Positions 23,801 to 38,883 of a DNA stretch of 51,351 nucleotides are shown piece after piece. Positions within the stretch are counted from its first letter, which is position 1. Each line of letters begins with the position of its first letter. The notes beneath the pieces are model-generated. The model was given only the letters and a program-made list of their open reading frames with translations. It searched no databases and was not told where the DNA came from. The translations under genes were made by a program, and so were the position numbers. Origin of the DNA: Sphaeroforma arctica JP610 (taxonomy: Eukaryota); assembly GCF_001186125.1 (NCBI RefSeq), contig NW_014039971.1, forward strand, positions 6,605 to 57,955, given 5' to 3'.

Positions 23801-26800
23801 CCCACAACAACTGGTGTTATGCGTATATCTACTACGGAACACTGCGAGGTGTATATGGTCCTCAACAAGTGGTGCTATGCGTATTGAGCATGAGCATGAG
23901 CGTACCTTGAATCGAGTCTGAGCTGTCATCCCGAACGCAGATGGCTTGCAATAGTGCAGGGACTATCTTGGACAAGTGCACGTCCAGGGTGGAGCCAGAC
24001 ACCACGGCCAAAGCCCCCAGGGCGTGTGCATTGGCTCTGTATGCCACGTGGGGTGTGTGTGGTAACGAGATAAGGCGTGGCCTGAATGTGTGGTTCTTAA
24101 AGGTGACGGGGCGAGGGATATATACGACTTGTTCAAAAATAATACGAGCACGCTGGTGCGTTGAGGGGTCGGTTGTGTCCGCGAGCGAATGCGATGTTCA
24201 TTTGGTTTGCATGTGGTGGGTGTGCAAGAGCAAAGTATGTGTGCGTATATATGGCGTATGTATGTGTGTGGGCATAAACAGAGCACATTGGGTGTGTATA
24301 CAGAACGTGTGTTCGTGTACATAGAGCACACATGTGATTCTATTTAGAGCGTACGTTGTGTGTATGTAGAGAGCACGTGTGCATGTGTATATAGAGTTCA
24401 TGTGTGTATATATATAGAGAGAAAGAGAGGGCTGTGCTAGTGTGTGCAACCCTAAAACACGGCTGGTGTGGTTGTCAAATGCGTTTACGATGTCCACATA
24501 GAAAGTAAACTGTTTAGTTTGAGGTCAAATGGCCACACACACAACACAGCCAGTAGGAATGCAACCGCGTGCAAGTGACGGGTGGTCGATATGCGTGAGC
24601 AGGCATGGAAAAAATAAAGTGAGTTTGTATGACATTCTATGTGAACATTTGTATGTAACGAATACGCTTATATGCATACGTGATGGCTTACGTGTGTATG
24701 TATGTATGTTATAGGTATATGTGTGCGTCCGTACGCCCGTACATACGAGTGTCTACATGCGCCAATATTACCGCCATAGTATACGACAAACCCGCATGTT
24801 CACCCGCATACATACATACCTACAGACCCACCCCCAACCGTACACCAATCGTCCATATCACACACACGCCTACCCCGTAACCGGCTGGGCAATGAGCTTC
24901 GGCACAAGGAATGGCAGCACTACTTGCGACTGCGTCTTCATGACCTGCCGCAAACCCAGCAGAGCGCACTCGTTGATCTCTTCATCCTCGCTGTCCAGCG
25001 CTGCCAACATAGACGGCAGCACCTCATCAACGGCCCTACCGAGACGGGGGAGGTGATCGAGGGTAACGTGATTACGTACTACGCACGACTGATTGGGATG
25101 TGTGGTGATTGCAGAGGCGACTTAGTAGTGCTTACAGCAACAACTGGCGACGGGCTTATGGGAAACCAGTAGTGTGTATAGGAAAACATCATCCCATTCG
25201 CAGGTATGTGCATATTCAATAGATGTGATATACTTATTGTCAACGACGAAGAATATGATACCGAACTTCAAGCACGCATATGAACTCATGTAAGCCCTTG
25301 CTTGTTGCCAACGATGGTGAAAAGGAGTGTCGAACCTCAGAACCTATACAGACGCATGTGAACTCACACCTGACCACAGACTGTACGTACGAGGCCAACC
25401 GCCAGGTATACACCTACAACCAACCACAGGGCACTTACTTGTTGCCAATGACCGTGAACAGCGTGTCGAAGGTCTTGGCCGCAGCCTCGCGCACCTCACT
25501 GTCACGGTCCATCAGTGACTGGCGCACCACGGGAATAATCGACGACACAAACATGATCACCGAGTCCTTGGACGCGGCATTCATCACCTCGCTCAGACCC
25601 ACACACACACCACAGCGCGTGCTCGAGTCTTCCGCATCCAGGCCTGCCAGACCGGAAAAGCGAATAGGTTAAGTGATCAAGGTTTCAGGATGTCTGCGAG
25701 ACACACCACGTCACTTGTCCTGACCGTGGTTATACTGCGTCTAGTCGCCAGGTATGTGTGCTTCAGCGATTGGCGTGCTAGGCCAGGTTGTCTTTGAGAT
25801 GGAGGTAGTAGAGGGTCAGGGCAATGCTTGCATGTATATGGGATGGTACCAGGTTGTCTTTGAGATGGAGGTAGTAGAGGGTCAGGGCAATGCTTGCATG
25901 TATATGGGATGGTGCCAGGTTGTCTTCGAGATGGAGGCAGTAGAGGGTCAGGGCAATGCTTGCATGTATATGGGATGGTACCAGGTTGTCGTTGAGATGG
26001 AGGTAGTAGAGGGTCAGGGCAATGCTTGCATGTATATAGGATGGCGCCATGTTGTCTTCGAGATGGAGGTAGTAGAGGGTCAGGGCAATGCTTGTATGTA
26101 TATGGGACGGGTGCCGTATTGAGTCGCACTTGCAACGATGTACACGTATACACAGGCATATGACGTGTTCTACTACTCCCACTACAACTACAGCCCCGTA
26201 CATAGATATAGCCAGACAGGCCAGACGGGCAAGCTCAACCCTCGCCACCGGTTAATTGCAATACGAGACATGACCAACGGATGACCACACACGGGTGTCT
26301 CCAACCACACCCATACAATCTGAGCACAATCATACACACGCGACTCATAGATGGTGTCTATAGAGCTCACCACTACCTGATTTTCACATAGCGATTGTGC
26401 GCTTTCCCCCCCCCCTTCCCCCACGCACGAATGCACACATGAAGGATGCATGTACGCTATCGAGTAACCGCTCATAAACCAAGCACCCTGCTCAACCGTT
26501 CATAAACCACGCACCTTGCTCAACCGTTTATAAACCGCGCACCTTGCTCAACCGTTTATAAACCGCGCACCTTGCTCAACCGTTTATAAACCATGCACCC
26601 TGATCTGAAGCACAGGACCGTACGCGCTCTTGAACCAAAACAGCCCATACGAGCCCACCAACTACCACCACGCCCATATGCACAGCCTTATATCTCCTAC
26701 CTTCAGCCAAAATGGGTACAATCTCCGGCAGCACAAAGTCCCCGAGTTTCAGCACCACATCACCCAATGTCTGCGCCGCAATACGACGGCGGTCGTGGTT

Positions 26801-29800
26801 GGGCGACGACAGAGACTTCAGCAGCAGCTGCATGAGCACAGGCATGATGTCACGCAGTGTGCGGGCTGTGTTGAACACCACCACCTTCCAGATGTGCAGC
26901 GACGCCTGTAGGTGGTACGCGGTTAAGCACAATGGAGTGGGAGTGTAAGTGTAAGTGTACGTGTACGTTTGAGTGTGATTGGGAGTGGTTTTAGCATGCG
27001 GCATGGAAGTCACGTCAACGTGGCAACTGAGCATTTGCTTGTGCGGGTGTCGTTACTAGTCTTGACACAGGCACACGTCGGCCATGCATGTGCTCACGGG
27101 ACACACACTAAGGCTTGGCGTACCATATTCAACATCCCTTTATACGTACTACAAAGGTACTTTGTACTTTACAAAGGTGCTCTACAAAGGTACTTTACAA
27201 GGGTACTTTACATACTTTACAAAGGTATTTTACAAAGGTGATCTACAAAAGTATTTCACAAAGGTACTTTACAAAGGTATTTTACAAAGGTACTCTACTA
27301 AGGTATTTTACTTTACAAAGGTACGTTACAAAGGTATTTTACAGAGGTGCTCTACAAAGGTGTTCTACAAAGGTACTTTATAAAGGTATTTTAAAAAGGT
27401 GCTATACAAAGCAGGCGCACAGCATACTCAGGGCCGCAACCTGGACAAGATATGCGCACTCTACACAAAAAGTAACACCCCTAAACAAGTAACAACACTG
27501 AATAAGTACCAGCCCACCACCACGACACTAGTCCACACGCAAACACCCACCTGGCGAACCAATGGCGACCCTAAACAAGTAACAACACTGAATAAGTAAA
27601 AGCCCACAACCACGACACTGGTCCACATACAAACACCTACCTGGCGAACCAATGGCGCCACATCGGACCGTCCCATGTACAGACCAGCAAACACCTGTGC
27701 CAAACGCTCCTCTCCCAAGACCTCCACCAGCGCATCCCTGGCCTCGGTTGTACCGAAATTGTCATCGTCCCCACCCGATTCGGTGGTTTTGGCACCGGAT
27801 TGACCGGAAATGCGGTAAAGCAGATCACCCAAAAGATGCACGGACGACTGTCGAATACGCCAGTTGTCGTCGAAGAGACCTGATTTGATTTTGGGATGTG
27901 TTGTTTTGTGATCGCCGAAATTTGTATACGGCACTAGGAGCGAGACAGGAATGCGATCTTAATATGGCAACAAAAGGCACGGAGAGCGGCCCATAGGGTA
28001 TGGGTGGTGTTTGGGTTGATGGTGATGGTGCTACTCAGACCAAACATAGATGCGAACGCACGGAACAAAATAGGGGCACGATGAAGTTAAGCTTACGCAT
28101 GTATCTCATGGTTACGTTTGTCAACCCCCCCCCCAGGTGAAACGCATGACCTTAGCAAAACTATATATACATAAAGGCAGTAGAAGGGGCCTAAAATTGT
28201 CGTTGAGATCATGACCCATGTACGCTGAAAGTGATGGTGGAGTATTCCATTGGATGATGAATCCGTATACATAGACATACCCTTCTCGAGTTCGGGCAGA
28301 AGAATCTCCACGGCACTCTCGGCGTAGTTGTTGACAATCATCTGACCGGCCTTCAGTGCTGCATGGCGCACGTTCTCTGCCTCATCGGCCAATCCCTTCA
28401 GAATGGGTGGGATGACAACGGGCACGAACGGCTGTGTACATGACACGCACAAGCGTAGCACAAGGAAAGGGGCACAGGTAAGTTGGTGGGGGGGGTTTAT
28501 AAAGCGTTAGATAACTACCGGCACACAATATATAAAGCGGTGGATGACTACCGGCACGCAGGGTGTGAGCACAGATGTATTAATAAGGACCAATCGAGCG
28601 ATACACACGCTGATGGACTACCCCCAGGCATAACTAGAGTGTGACCGGGGCAATGGAGGGCGAAGACATCGCGGGTAGGAGAAGCCACGGGAGAAGCGAC
28701 TGGGTACGCTACAGGGAGGCCCGAACAATGCGTACCATTGCACGAGCCCTGTATATACATAGCACTACACAGACCACACATACTGCCAACAAGGTGACCA
28801 TAACAAGATGACCATAACAAGGTGAGCATACCAATAGATCGTCTCCAAACGAGGACGGGGTGAAGAAGAGCACCATCATGAAACCCTCACGTGTGTACGC
28901 TTCCTTCGCCGAGCAGTTGGCGATGATATCCGGCAGCAACCGCTCCAGTCGTTCCGACCCGAGGCCGTAGAGCACCTGCAGCACACCACACAGAGGTTAG
29001 TGGATGTGAAATAATACTACTGAAAGTTGGGTGCAGAGAAGCCTAAAACCGCCCGCCCGTAGTGTGTGCCGTTTACGCATCATGTGTTTTGGCAGTTGTC
29101 TCCCTTACGGGTACAAATGTCCTCCAACTCCCATACATAGACAAGGATGGTGGATGGGATGTGACATACATGTACATTATATTAGGCTGTAGAGCACCCA
29201 CAGACCATCACACAGCAATAAACAGAGAGGAACATGCGACATAGTGCCTTAAATACAACAGTAAGAATAGGTCGGATTCGGCATATCAGTCAAAAAAAAA
29301 TGTGGTTGTAAGAGACATAAGAGCGCACAACGACGACGGTAGGCGATGTGCTGGATGTGATTGGCATAGAAGGGTTGTGAGCCACAATCAGGAACATACT
29401 GTGTTCGTGCAGTGCTCCAATGAGTGTAGGTACCGCCGCGCGGACTGTATTGCTCACGCTATATACATTCACGCAATTCTTCAGCAAACAGCCAACATCA
29501 ACTACGTACTGACCCACCGTAACAGCCAGGCACAATAACAATACGCACTGTCTTGTCCAATCGATAAGTGAGACTAAGCCTACCTCACTGAGACCTTGTG
29601 CGGCACCGCTTCGATCCACGGCGCTGTTGCCAGGTGACTTGAGCGTCTCTACCAGCCAGGGAATAAGTTCAGAGAAACTCTCCTCGCCCATACCTTGTAC
29701 CATGGTACCCAGTGCCTTGGCAGACACCTCTCGGACCGCAGGACTCGAGTCCACCAGCACCTGTGTAGAGATGCACAACCACAGACGTTCTACTTGAGTT

Positions 29801-32800
29801 ATGTGTGTTTGTACTGTGTATATTCAGGGTGCGTTGGTAATAGGTTCGTGTTCCGGGCTGAATTGCCCAGGTTTTGCCGTATAATGCGCGCGAATGTATT
29901 ACAGGTGTACCGTCGTATCCGCAGTACGCACACATAAGCCAAGCCTGAAGCGAGGAGAACAGACACGTTGGCACGTTAGCACCGCTTAAGCTGCACGCCC
30001 AGGCCAAATACTTCCCACCGACTTAGTCGTGTACATGCGTGCGTGTGAGTGTAACTATGTATGTCTGCGAGGCCTGTCAGTGAGTGCGTGCTACTGATTG
30101 TTTTAAGAGTGTACAAAATGTACTTTAAGGGCATCATATGTACTTATACAGGCAAGCAAGCACGATCACATCAATCGATAGACTACATGCTAGCCCGGGA
30201 AACCGATACACCAACGATCATCCAATCTCACACTCAACTCATACACAGCACATAGAACGCGCACCTCTCGTAGCCCTGGGAGTACTATATTGAGGTAAGG
30301 CTGGAGATCCTTGTGGTTGGTCAGCGACGACATATTCCCGATAATCTGCGCGGCCCACATTTTAGTCTCTGTACTTCTCTGTTTGAGTGCACGGTGCAAC
30401 ACAGGCATGATCAATGCCAGCGACGGGGCGTCTGTGGAGATGGGCCAATGGGAAGAGATATCAGAAACGGATACGGATGGGGAGATGGAAAGATAGATTA
30501 AATACGAATGCAGATAATCAAATGTGGGTGAGATAGACCCAATAAGAACGGACTTCAGAAGCAAGTATACGTATAGAGGAATGCGCAGCGACGGCTATAG
30601 GGCGTCTGTGAAGACCAGTAGATTCATGGATATGAGCATATGAGTGTGAATCAGATGTGCGTCATAGTCACTCTACAATGCACATGCGACTGAGTGCAGC
30701 AGAAGACTCCCTTGAAGTGAATATATGGGGTGTATGTCTAATAGTCACCCGTGGAGAGGTGCTGATAAGTGCATACACCCCACCAAAGCGTCTCAATAAA
30801 GTCACCAAAAAAAAAATTATCAAGCACAGAACCACACATCCATATACGTCTGCCAGCATATCGATTAACATTGAAGCTGTATTGAACCTTTGGCTTACAT
30901 GGAGACAGTTCTTGGTGCAGGGTGCAGTGACTTCTATCAATTTTCGGTTAACCTCAAGTAAGAATACTTTTACAAAGCAGCTTAACGCCCCAATGAACAA
31001 CGACACGGCACGATCGATCCGTTAAACGCGGTCCATCCAACTGCGGATTGGCAGTGGAAAGGCCGAACATATGGGAATCGCCAAGCCAACGCATTGGAAC
31101 ACCCTTTGACGCTGATTAGCCATACCGATGAAATGAACGAAATTGGTATCCAGCAAAGTGGTGAGACACTTCTGCGTCTTGCCATCGGGGTCCACCAGCG
31201 CCGCCAAAAGTACATCCACAATCTCTTGAATCTCTGGATTTTTGATCACACCACCGATTTTCTTCAGAGCCAATCTGCCGGCTTCCTGCTCAGGAAAAGA
31301 TCGCTAAGCAGTCAGTAACTGAATTTTATGTGTGAGAAAACTATTTTAATTGTGTCTACGTATTTGGCTCATTCCATTTCCTGTCTAATTGTATGCGGAG
31401 TGAGACCCTTTTTACATATATCTAGAATGGGTGGCAAACTAGACTAGGCCGTAGACTACGCTACCCTTGCGCACACAAAAGCTGTCATACCAAAACCCGC
31501 TGTAGTTCGTCTCCATACAACACGGCATATACAAGGTCTATAAAACAGGCACCGCTTCAACCCCTGGACACCACATAGAAATGCCCTACTACGGGTGGTC
31601 TTATCCAATCCCTGCTAAATTAAACGCCCAACGAACACACCTGCACTTTGGGGTGCGAATCTGTCAGCACCTCCGCCAGTCGGGGCACAATCTGTGGCAG
31701 TGAAGACGACAGCTGATCTGGTGCACACGCTGACATGGCTCCTAACATCTCAGTTGCGCCTTGTTTAGTTCGCCATTGCTGCATCGATGGTATGATATGA
31801 CGTTTTACATCAGTCAGGGATTACGGTGCAAAACAGTACCATGGCAATGGTGGGAGTTGGTTGAGTGTGCGTGTGCAAAGGGACCCGAATAGTCCAATAT
31901 CTGGTCCCGGAGAGTAGCTGTCGACATAATTGGTCGTGGGGAATGGATTGGATTGTTGTATCACCGCGAACAGCACATAGCACATCTCATCTCAGACTGC
32001 TCGACGCAGGTGAGTCTGTACGTGTCGCGTGCATACACATCGAATGTGTTCGTGAGAGTGTTGGTCGTTTGATGCGTGGGTGTATTCGTATACATAAAAG
32101 TACCGTTACATGGTGCTGTCCACCCTAACAACCGCCCTATGAGACCAGTAGGGTACTCACTCTTTGCCCTGAAGAACATACTCTTTCGAGGCAGTTCCCG
32201 CAGAGGCACGTCAGGTGATTAAAATAGGAACATGCAACCCATCGCAAGCCTCAGGTGCCTGATAAAAAACCCTGCAACACGTGTTGATTCATCCACACAC
32301 TTCAGCAATTTAAGTATCAACAGACCCACAACGGACATGCTCCCTAAAACCACACGCATATGGCCCACAAGCAAGTACTTTCCATCAGCCATCAGAGTTG
32401 TACGGTACGATCCCCGGTGATATCAGGAATGACAATCCCTGGTGGTATCAGGGATGTAAAGTCCCTGGTGATACTTACTACCCGTAGAAGCTCTGTGTAT
32501 GTCTTACGATGGTCATATCCCAAGCCCTAGGCACAACACACCTTGTCATCCAGAGCCCTCATGAGCGACGGCAGCACCAGCTTAACACCAGGGCCCGTTT
32601 TGCTGCTCTGGCTCAGATGTTTGATGATGGCCGCAGCTGTGTCCTGTGCGGCCAGGCGCACGTTCTAAGGTGTGGGAGGGAATGTGGTGATTGTTATGCA
32701 TAGTGATGAAGACTTGGCTGATATATATGGGGAAGGGAGAAACAAGGCCCCCGTGTTGGGCAAATAACTCAGAGAGACCTGTGGCTAGTGATAGGATAGA

Positions 32801-35800
32801 ACGGGCAGCACGGCTAATGTTAGGCTGAACGACTGAACACGTACTCGAGCGTATTGTGTAAAGGCCCGCTGAGTAGCTAGCTAGGAATCCAATGGTCTTT
32901 GATCACACACGCACAGACATATACACTCTACATGTACATTCACTGCGCCTAGATAGAAACCTGACGCTTGGGTCGGTCTGCAACGGAGTAGTCGATATAT
33001 CAATCTTAAGCCTCGGAGAGCCACATGCACAGCCATGCAAGACACCTGGAGTCCGCCCACTCAAACTACACGCACACACACATGCAAAGAGTCTCTTTCT
33101 CAGACACAACACCATGCAGACATTGTCCTAGTAACAAGCCAGTAGGCATTCTACCTTGAAAGTCCAACCCCCACCATAACACCCCAAGAACACACAGTGC
33201 TAGCAATCGGCTCGTCCGCAAATACCCAGAGCGCACTACACACTCCTCAACCACTTCCGACTCCCGTGGTCATTGTGAATATAGTATACCTATCGTTAGC
33301 TGTGCGTGCATACGCAGTCTAACCTGTGCGCGACCCTGCACGCTACCTACACACCTCATCGTTATCCCCGAACGCCACCAGCAGGTGTGGCAGCAGCTTA
33401 ATGACGTACGGCTCAAACAAACGGCCCAGCGTCGACACCATCGTCTCAAACGCCATCAGCCCGCCCTCGCGGTGTTCCTTGCGCTTCTTGTTCTGCACCG
33501 CGTCCATGAGATCGTCCACTACCGCGTGCTTGCGCAGCGACAGAATGCCCAGGCCCTTCACCACAGCCGCCAGTCCATAGGCCGCCCCCTTGCGGTCCGA
33601 GAACTTCTTGCCCTCCAACAGCTGGTCCAGCAGCGTCTTGATCAGCTCGCCGGCGTTCTCGTCCTTGGCGTTAATCAGCGGCGGCAGGCACTTGGCCACC
33701 GCCTCCTGCACGGACTGCGAGGGTGTTTTGAGGGCCTCAAACAGCAGCGCAATGACCTTCTGCACCTTTGGATCGGTCTTGTCCAGATGCCGCGCCATGG
33801 CGCCGATGCAGATGATCGTTGCTTCGTGTACCTCGTCGTCGCTGGTGTCTGTTGTGCGTGCGAGCGTCTCCTCCATCACCGGAAGCATCTCGTTGACTGA
33901 GCTGGCACCGTGCACGTCGATCAGCTGCGACGCTGCGGCCAGCATAGCCGCGCGTACCTCAGCGTTGCGGTCTGTGAACCCGAACTGTGAGATGAACGTC
34001 ATGTTCTTCTGCAGCTCGCTGTCGGAGATGTTGACGGCTGTGTGGTTGAGGGCCATGGCCAGACCCCTACGCGCCTCCCACGGATCAACAAACGGCTCAG
34101 AGATCAGATTCCTGTTGTCGTCGTACACAGGCTCGGGCATAGACAGCAACACGGGAATACGGTCCAGCAGCCCCTCTGTGATTTCGTTGGTGTAGTCGGG
34201 CAGCTCGCTCAGTGCCGCACTCAGACCCCTGACCGCGTACTCCTGGACCTCGGGCGTGGGGTTCTCCACCAGCGTGGCGATGTACCGAACTTCTTCCAGC
34301 GTGTTGATCTCCAGATCCTTGTCGTCCAGCATCTCCTCGGCGGCGGTCTTGATCGCGTCGTCGGCGTCATACTTGAGCGCGAGCACGTGCGGTTTGATTC
34401 TATTTATAGCCTGCGTCATGTCCTGCTCGTCTCTGTCGTAGTCCTCGATGGGTTGTGCGTTGAGCGCCTTCAGACACGCCAGCCGGATGGCCGCTATGGG
34501 GCTGAGCAGGCCTTGGCTCAGCAGACGCAGCACAGTGTCGTCCAGCTGGCGTGGTACCTCTGCGCCCACTAGCACGAGCGAATCCACCGCCTGTACGCGC
34601 GCGTGTGTGCGTGTGTGTGTAGGGCGTGTGAATGAAAAGTTCGGAAACAAGGGTTGTGGCTGTCTAGTGCGCATTTCCGGTATAGAGTACTTTTGCGACG
34701 TGCGGCCGTATACATGGCAGCAGGAATCAGCCTGGGTGCATGATACGGTACTTTTGGAGAGGGATGTGCGTGGGAGTGGGCTGGCACAAGAACTGTTATT
34801 GCAGAAAGGTCTGATAGATGACAATCGGTGAGAGCAAGTAGTACAGTGTGCAGGCGACAGCGTCTACCGATAATGCAGCAGCGGAGAAGAGGTGTGGGAG
34901 GTACAACTGGTTTGTGCATGTGCGTACGATGCAAAGGACAAAGCATGCAAGAGATATACAAGGTACCTATGTGCACACGTGTTACAGAACACAAAGCAAA
35001 GCTGTGGCGCTTACCTGAGCTTGTAGGTGGTCGTGCACATCCGCGACGAGAAGCAGCAGCTGTATGAGATCGCTGCGTGGGTACAACGACGACTTCATAA
35101 CCGCAGGCAGATGGCGTTTAACCAGTCCGAGCGCCTGTCGCTGGACCTGTTGTGGTGTGTGTGAAGGAAAGGGTAAGCACGGATAGCTGTGGAAGTATGG
35201 GAGTGGTGCGACTTATTGTAGTGTTAGTGCTACTGACATATAAACAATCTTAAGCGATAGGCCCACGAGGATGGTTTGCGAACAGACGCGTGCGTGTGCG
35301 TATACTACCCTATGTGACTCTACAACAAACGTTGCTTCGAATGGACAACTTTGTACCGGAGCCTCACGACGTGTCAATGACCATACAAACGCATAATCAC
35401 AACCAAAGTTGAGTGTGGATGTAGTCATACGAATCCATGCCCACACACGTGTGTACCAATGCACATACATTCACAGGGAAGTACGACGGCACGGGGTGCG
35501 CCAGGATGCTTCTGAGCAGCTCAAAGCAGTAGCTAAACTCCGGATTGGCTAAGCTGCGTGTTCCAGCGGTGGACATGAACAGTTTCGTCACCGCAGCGCC
35601 GACGCCTTTCTGCAGCTCTGTGTTTTCTGTACAGCGTACAGTACAAACAAAACGTGCGTCAAAACGGACCAATATCCTATGCTAGGGTATGTAGACGCGC
35701 TCGGATCATGGCTATCCACCATTGTGTGAAAGGAGAGATATATAGCAGTGTATTGCTACAGACACCTGTGGGACGCTTCGTGATACTGTAGGTTAGGTAA

Positions 35801-37389
35801 CGAGGGTGAGTGATGCACATTGGGGGAGTGGGGCTGGCAAGTGTACTGTGTAATGGCATAAGCAAACAGACGCTGTGTGATACTTTGGCCACCCTGAAAA
35901 TTCACAATAAACAAGATGAGTCAAAAAGGTACATTTAGAAGAGAGGACAATGAAATTAGGACTACTCTCTGCCAATACTGATCTTTTCTTGGACTACAAC
36001 TCTCGACGATGGGACACTAACCTTCAACAGAACAGCATGGTCTGTGCAGTCAGGCGGTACACTCTTCACGACCAACATAAAACACAACACGTTAACACCA
36101 CAGCATAACACACCACACAACACAACACAACACAACGCACCACAAAACACACAATACACAATACATAACACAACACAACACACCATACAACACACAACAC
36201 AGCACATACTGACGTACCTTCAGCCGACAGCGTGCGGGTGTTCAGCTGCCGCAGTGTGTACTGGCACACCACCGTGGGCTGGCAGTTGGCCAAGAACTTC
36301 TTATCCAGCGACCCCATCATGGAGTACCACACCTGCTGACTCACATCCCCCACCAGCGGCGACGTCAGGAGGGGCTTCAGAATGGCCAGCATCAAGGGCG
36401 TGTTGGCCTGTTGTGGGTGCGGGTGGAGTTACAGGTTGAGGATGTCTATAGATAAACTGAGACGGAACACGAGCCTATAGATAAACTGCGATGGACCACG
36501 AGCCTATATATAAACTGCGATGGACCACGAGCCTATAGATAAACTGCAATGGACCACGAGCCTATAGATAAACTGCGAGAACAACGAGCCTATAGATTAA
36601 CTGCGATGGACTACGAGCCTATAGATAAACTGCGATGGACCACGAGCTTATAGATAAACTGCGATGGACCACGAGCCTATAGATACATTGCGATGGACCA
36701 CGAGCGTATAGATAAACTGCGATGGACCACGAGCCTATAGATAAACTGCGATGGACCACGAGCCTATAGATACACTGCGATGGACCACGAGCCTATAGAT
36801 AAACTGCGATGGACCACGAGCCTATAGATAAACTGCGATGGACCACAAGCCTATAGATAAACTGCGATGGACCATCAGGCTACAGATAAACTGCGACGGA
36901 CCACTAGCCTATAGATAAACTGCGATGGACCACCAGGCTATAGATAAACTGCGAAGGACCACCAGGCTTTAGATAGAAGGGGATCTGTAACGAGCACTGG
37001 ATATGGGATTATCAGGTGATCAATCAATTTGGGGGTCCAGAGACTTACGTCCTACGACACTGCAGGCTTTTGGAGAGGGTCACTTCCGAGTTTTTTGTAT
37101 ACGGCTAATGAATTGTCAAGGATGCTTCTATGTGTAATACTCCAACCACACGCATAGGAGCAATCGAGCTTAAAAAGGTGCGCAAATATATATATACATC
37201 ACCTGGGGCAACTAGACGACTATCCGCCTGAATCAAACATGTATAATGCTTGTTCATGAAACAAACGTGTATAGTATATAGGTATACGATATGTATACGA
37301 GAAATCAAGTTTAAAGCGGTGCACAGACACGCACACGAAAAAATACAAGCACGACCCACGTGCACATGCACATATTCATACACATGCAC

Positions 37390-37437
<48 letters not shown>

Positions 37438-37671
37438 CCAATACATATACACATATATATTATATATATATAATACCCCGTACACAATCACAATCACACT
37501 CACACTCACGCTCACACAATCCGTATATATATATATATATATATATAATACCCCGTACAGAATCACAATCACACTCACACTCACGCTCACACAATCCCGT
37601 ATACAATCACACACACACACATATATATATATACATACGTATATATATATATATATATATATATACATACG

Positions 37672-37721
<50 letters not shown>

Positions 37722-38852
37722 CGTATATATATATGTGTGTGTGTATGTGTGTATATGTATATACATATGTGTGTATATATTAATATATATATGCACTCAT
37801 ACCCGGAGTTGCTTAGGATTTACTGAGCAGATCGCCAGTAGCACAGAGAACACGCGTGTGGCGTCGGTAGCAATAGCCGCCACTTCCGAGCGGATGGCGG
37901 CTTCTTTGGTGCGTTCCGCTTCGACTTGCTGTGTTATGTACAGATGGCCAGGCATGTATGAGACATAGTAACAATATCAACCGAGGGGCACTAGATCGTC
38001 TGCTGTACACGTTTAATACAGTAAGCCTGTATGCCCAGGGAGTCATTGTTGTTGTCTCACCTACAGGAGGACAACAAACCTGTTATAGTAAGCAGCACCC
38101 ACCCATCCTACCCTGAGCTGTGATTAACTCACCCGTTAGGGGTTTAAGGCACATATCGGTTTCACGTGCTACACCTGTTGACCATTAGCCTATTCATTGT
38201 TATAGCAAAGTGAGCGTGGTGTTCTACGCTGCGTCGATACGCTGCGAGTGAGTCATTCTATGTTATGTACATATGGCTCTACTTGCCTCCCAGATGTAAA
38301 CTCGCATGTGTGTTGTATTGTATTATACTGTACTGTGTTGTATTGTATTACACTGTACTGTGTTGTATTGTATTGTATTACACTGTACTTTGTTGCATTG
38401 TATTGTACTGTACTGTGCTGTATTGTATTGTACTGTGTTGTATTGTACTGCACTGCACTGTACTGTACTGTACTGTGTTGTATTGGATTGTACTGTGTTG
38501 TACTGTACTGTATTGTGTTGTACTGTGTTGTACTGTATTGTGTTGTATTGTACTGTATTGTATTGTACTGTACTGTGTTGTATTGTATTGTACTGTTCTG
38601 GGTTTTATTGTATTGTACTGTAATGCACTCTACTGTGTTGTATTGTACTGTACTGAGTTGTATTGTACTGTGTTGTATTGTATTGTACTGTATTGTACTG
38701 TGTTGTACTGTACTGTACTGTACTGTGTTGTATTGTACTGTACTGTGTTGTATTGTACTGTACTGTACTGTTCTGGGTTTTATTGTATTGTACTGTACTG
38801 TACTCTACTGTGTTGTATTGTACTGTACTGTACTGAGTTGTATTGCATTGTA

Positions 38853-38883
<31 letters not shown>

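Noticed and set aside
25677..26159. ORF with repeated YTCKHC (zinc-finger-like CxxC)
   Set aside because: It is the translation of a 66-bp intronic minisatellite, lacks the His pair, and the flanking GCN1 exons join in phase without it.
36447..36975. 29-bp repeat array resembling CRISPR repeat length (also the 35-bp array at 45218-45560)
   Set aside because: Units are head-to-tail with no unique spacers, there are no cas genes, and they lie inside eukaryotic introns.
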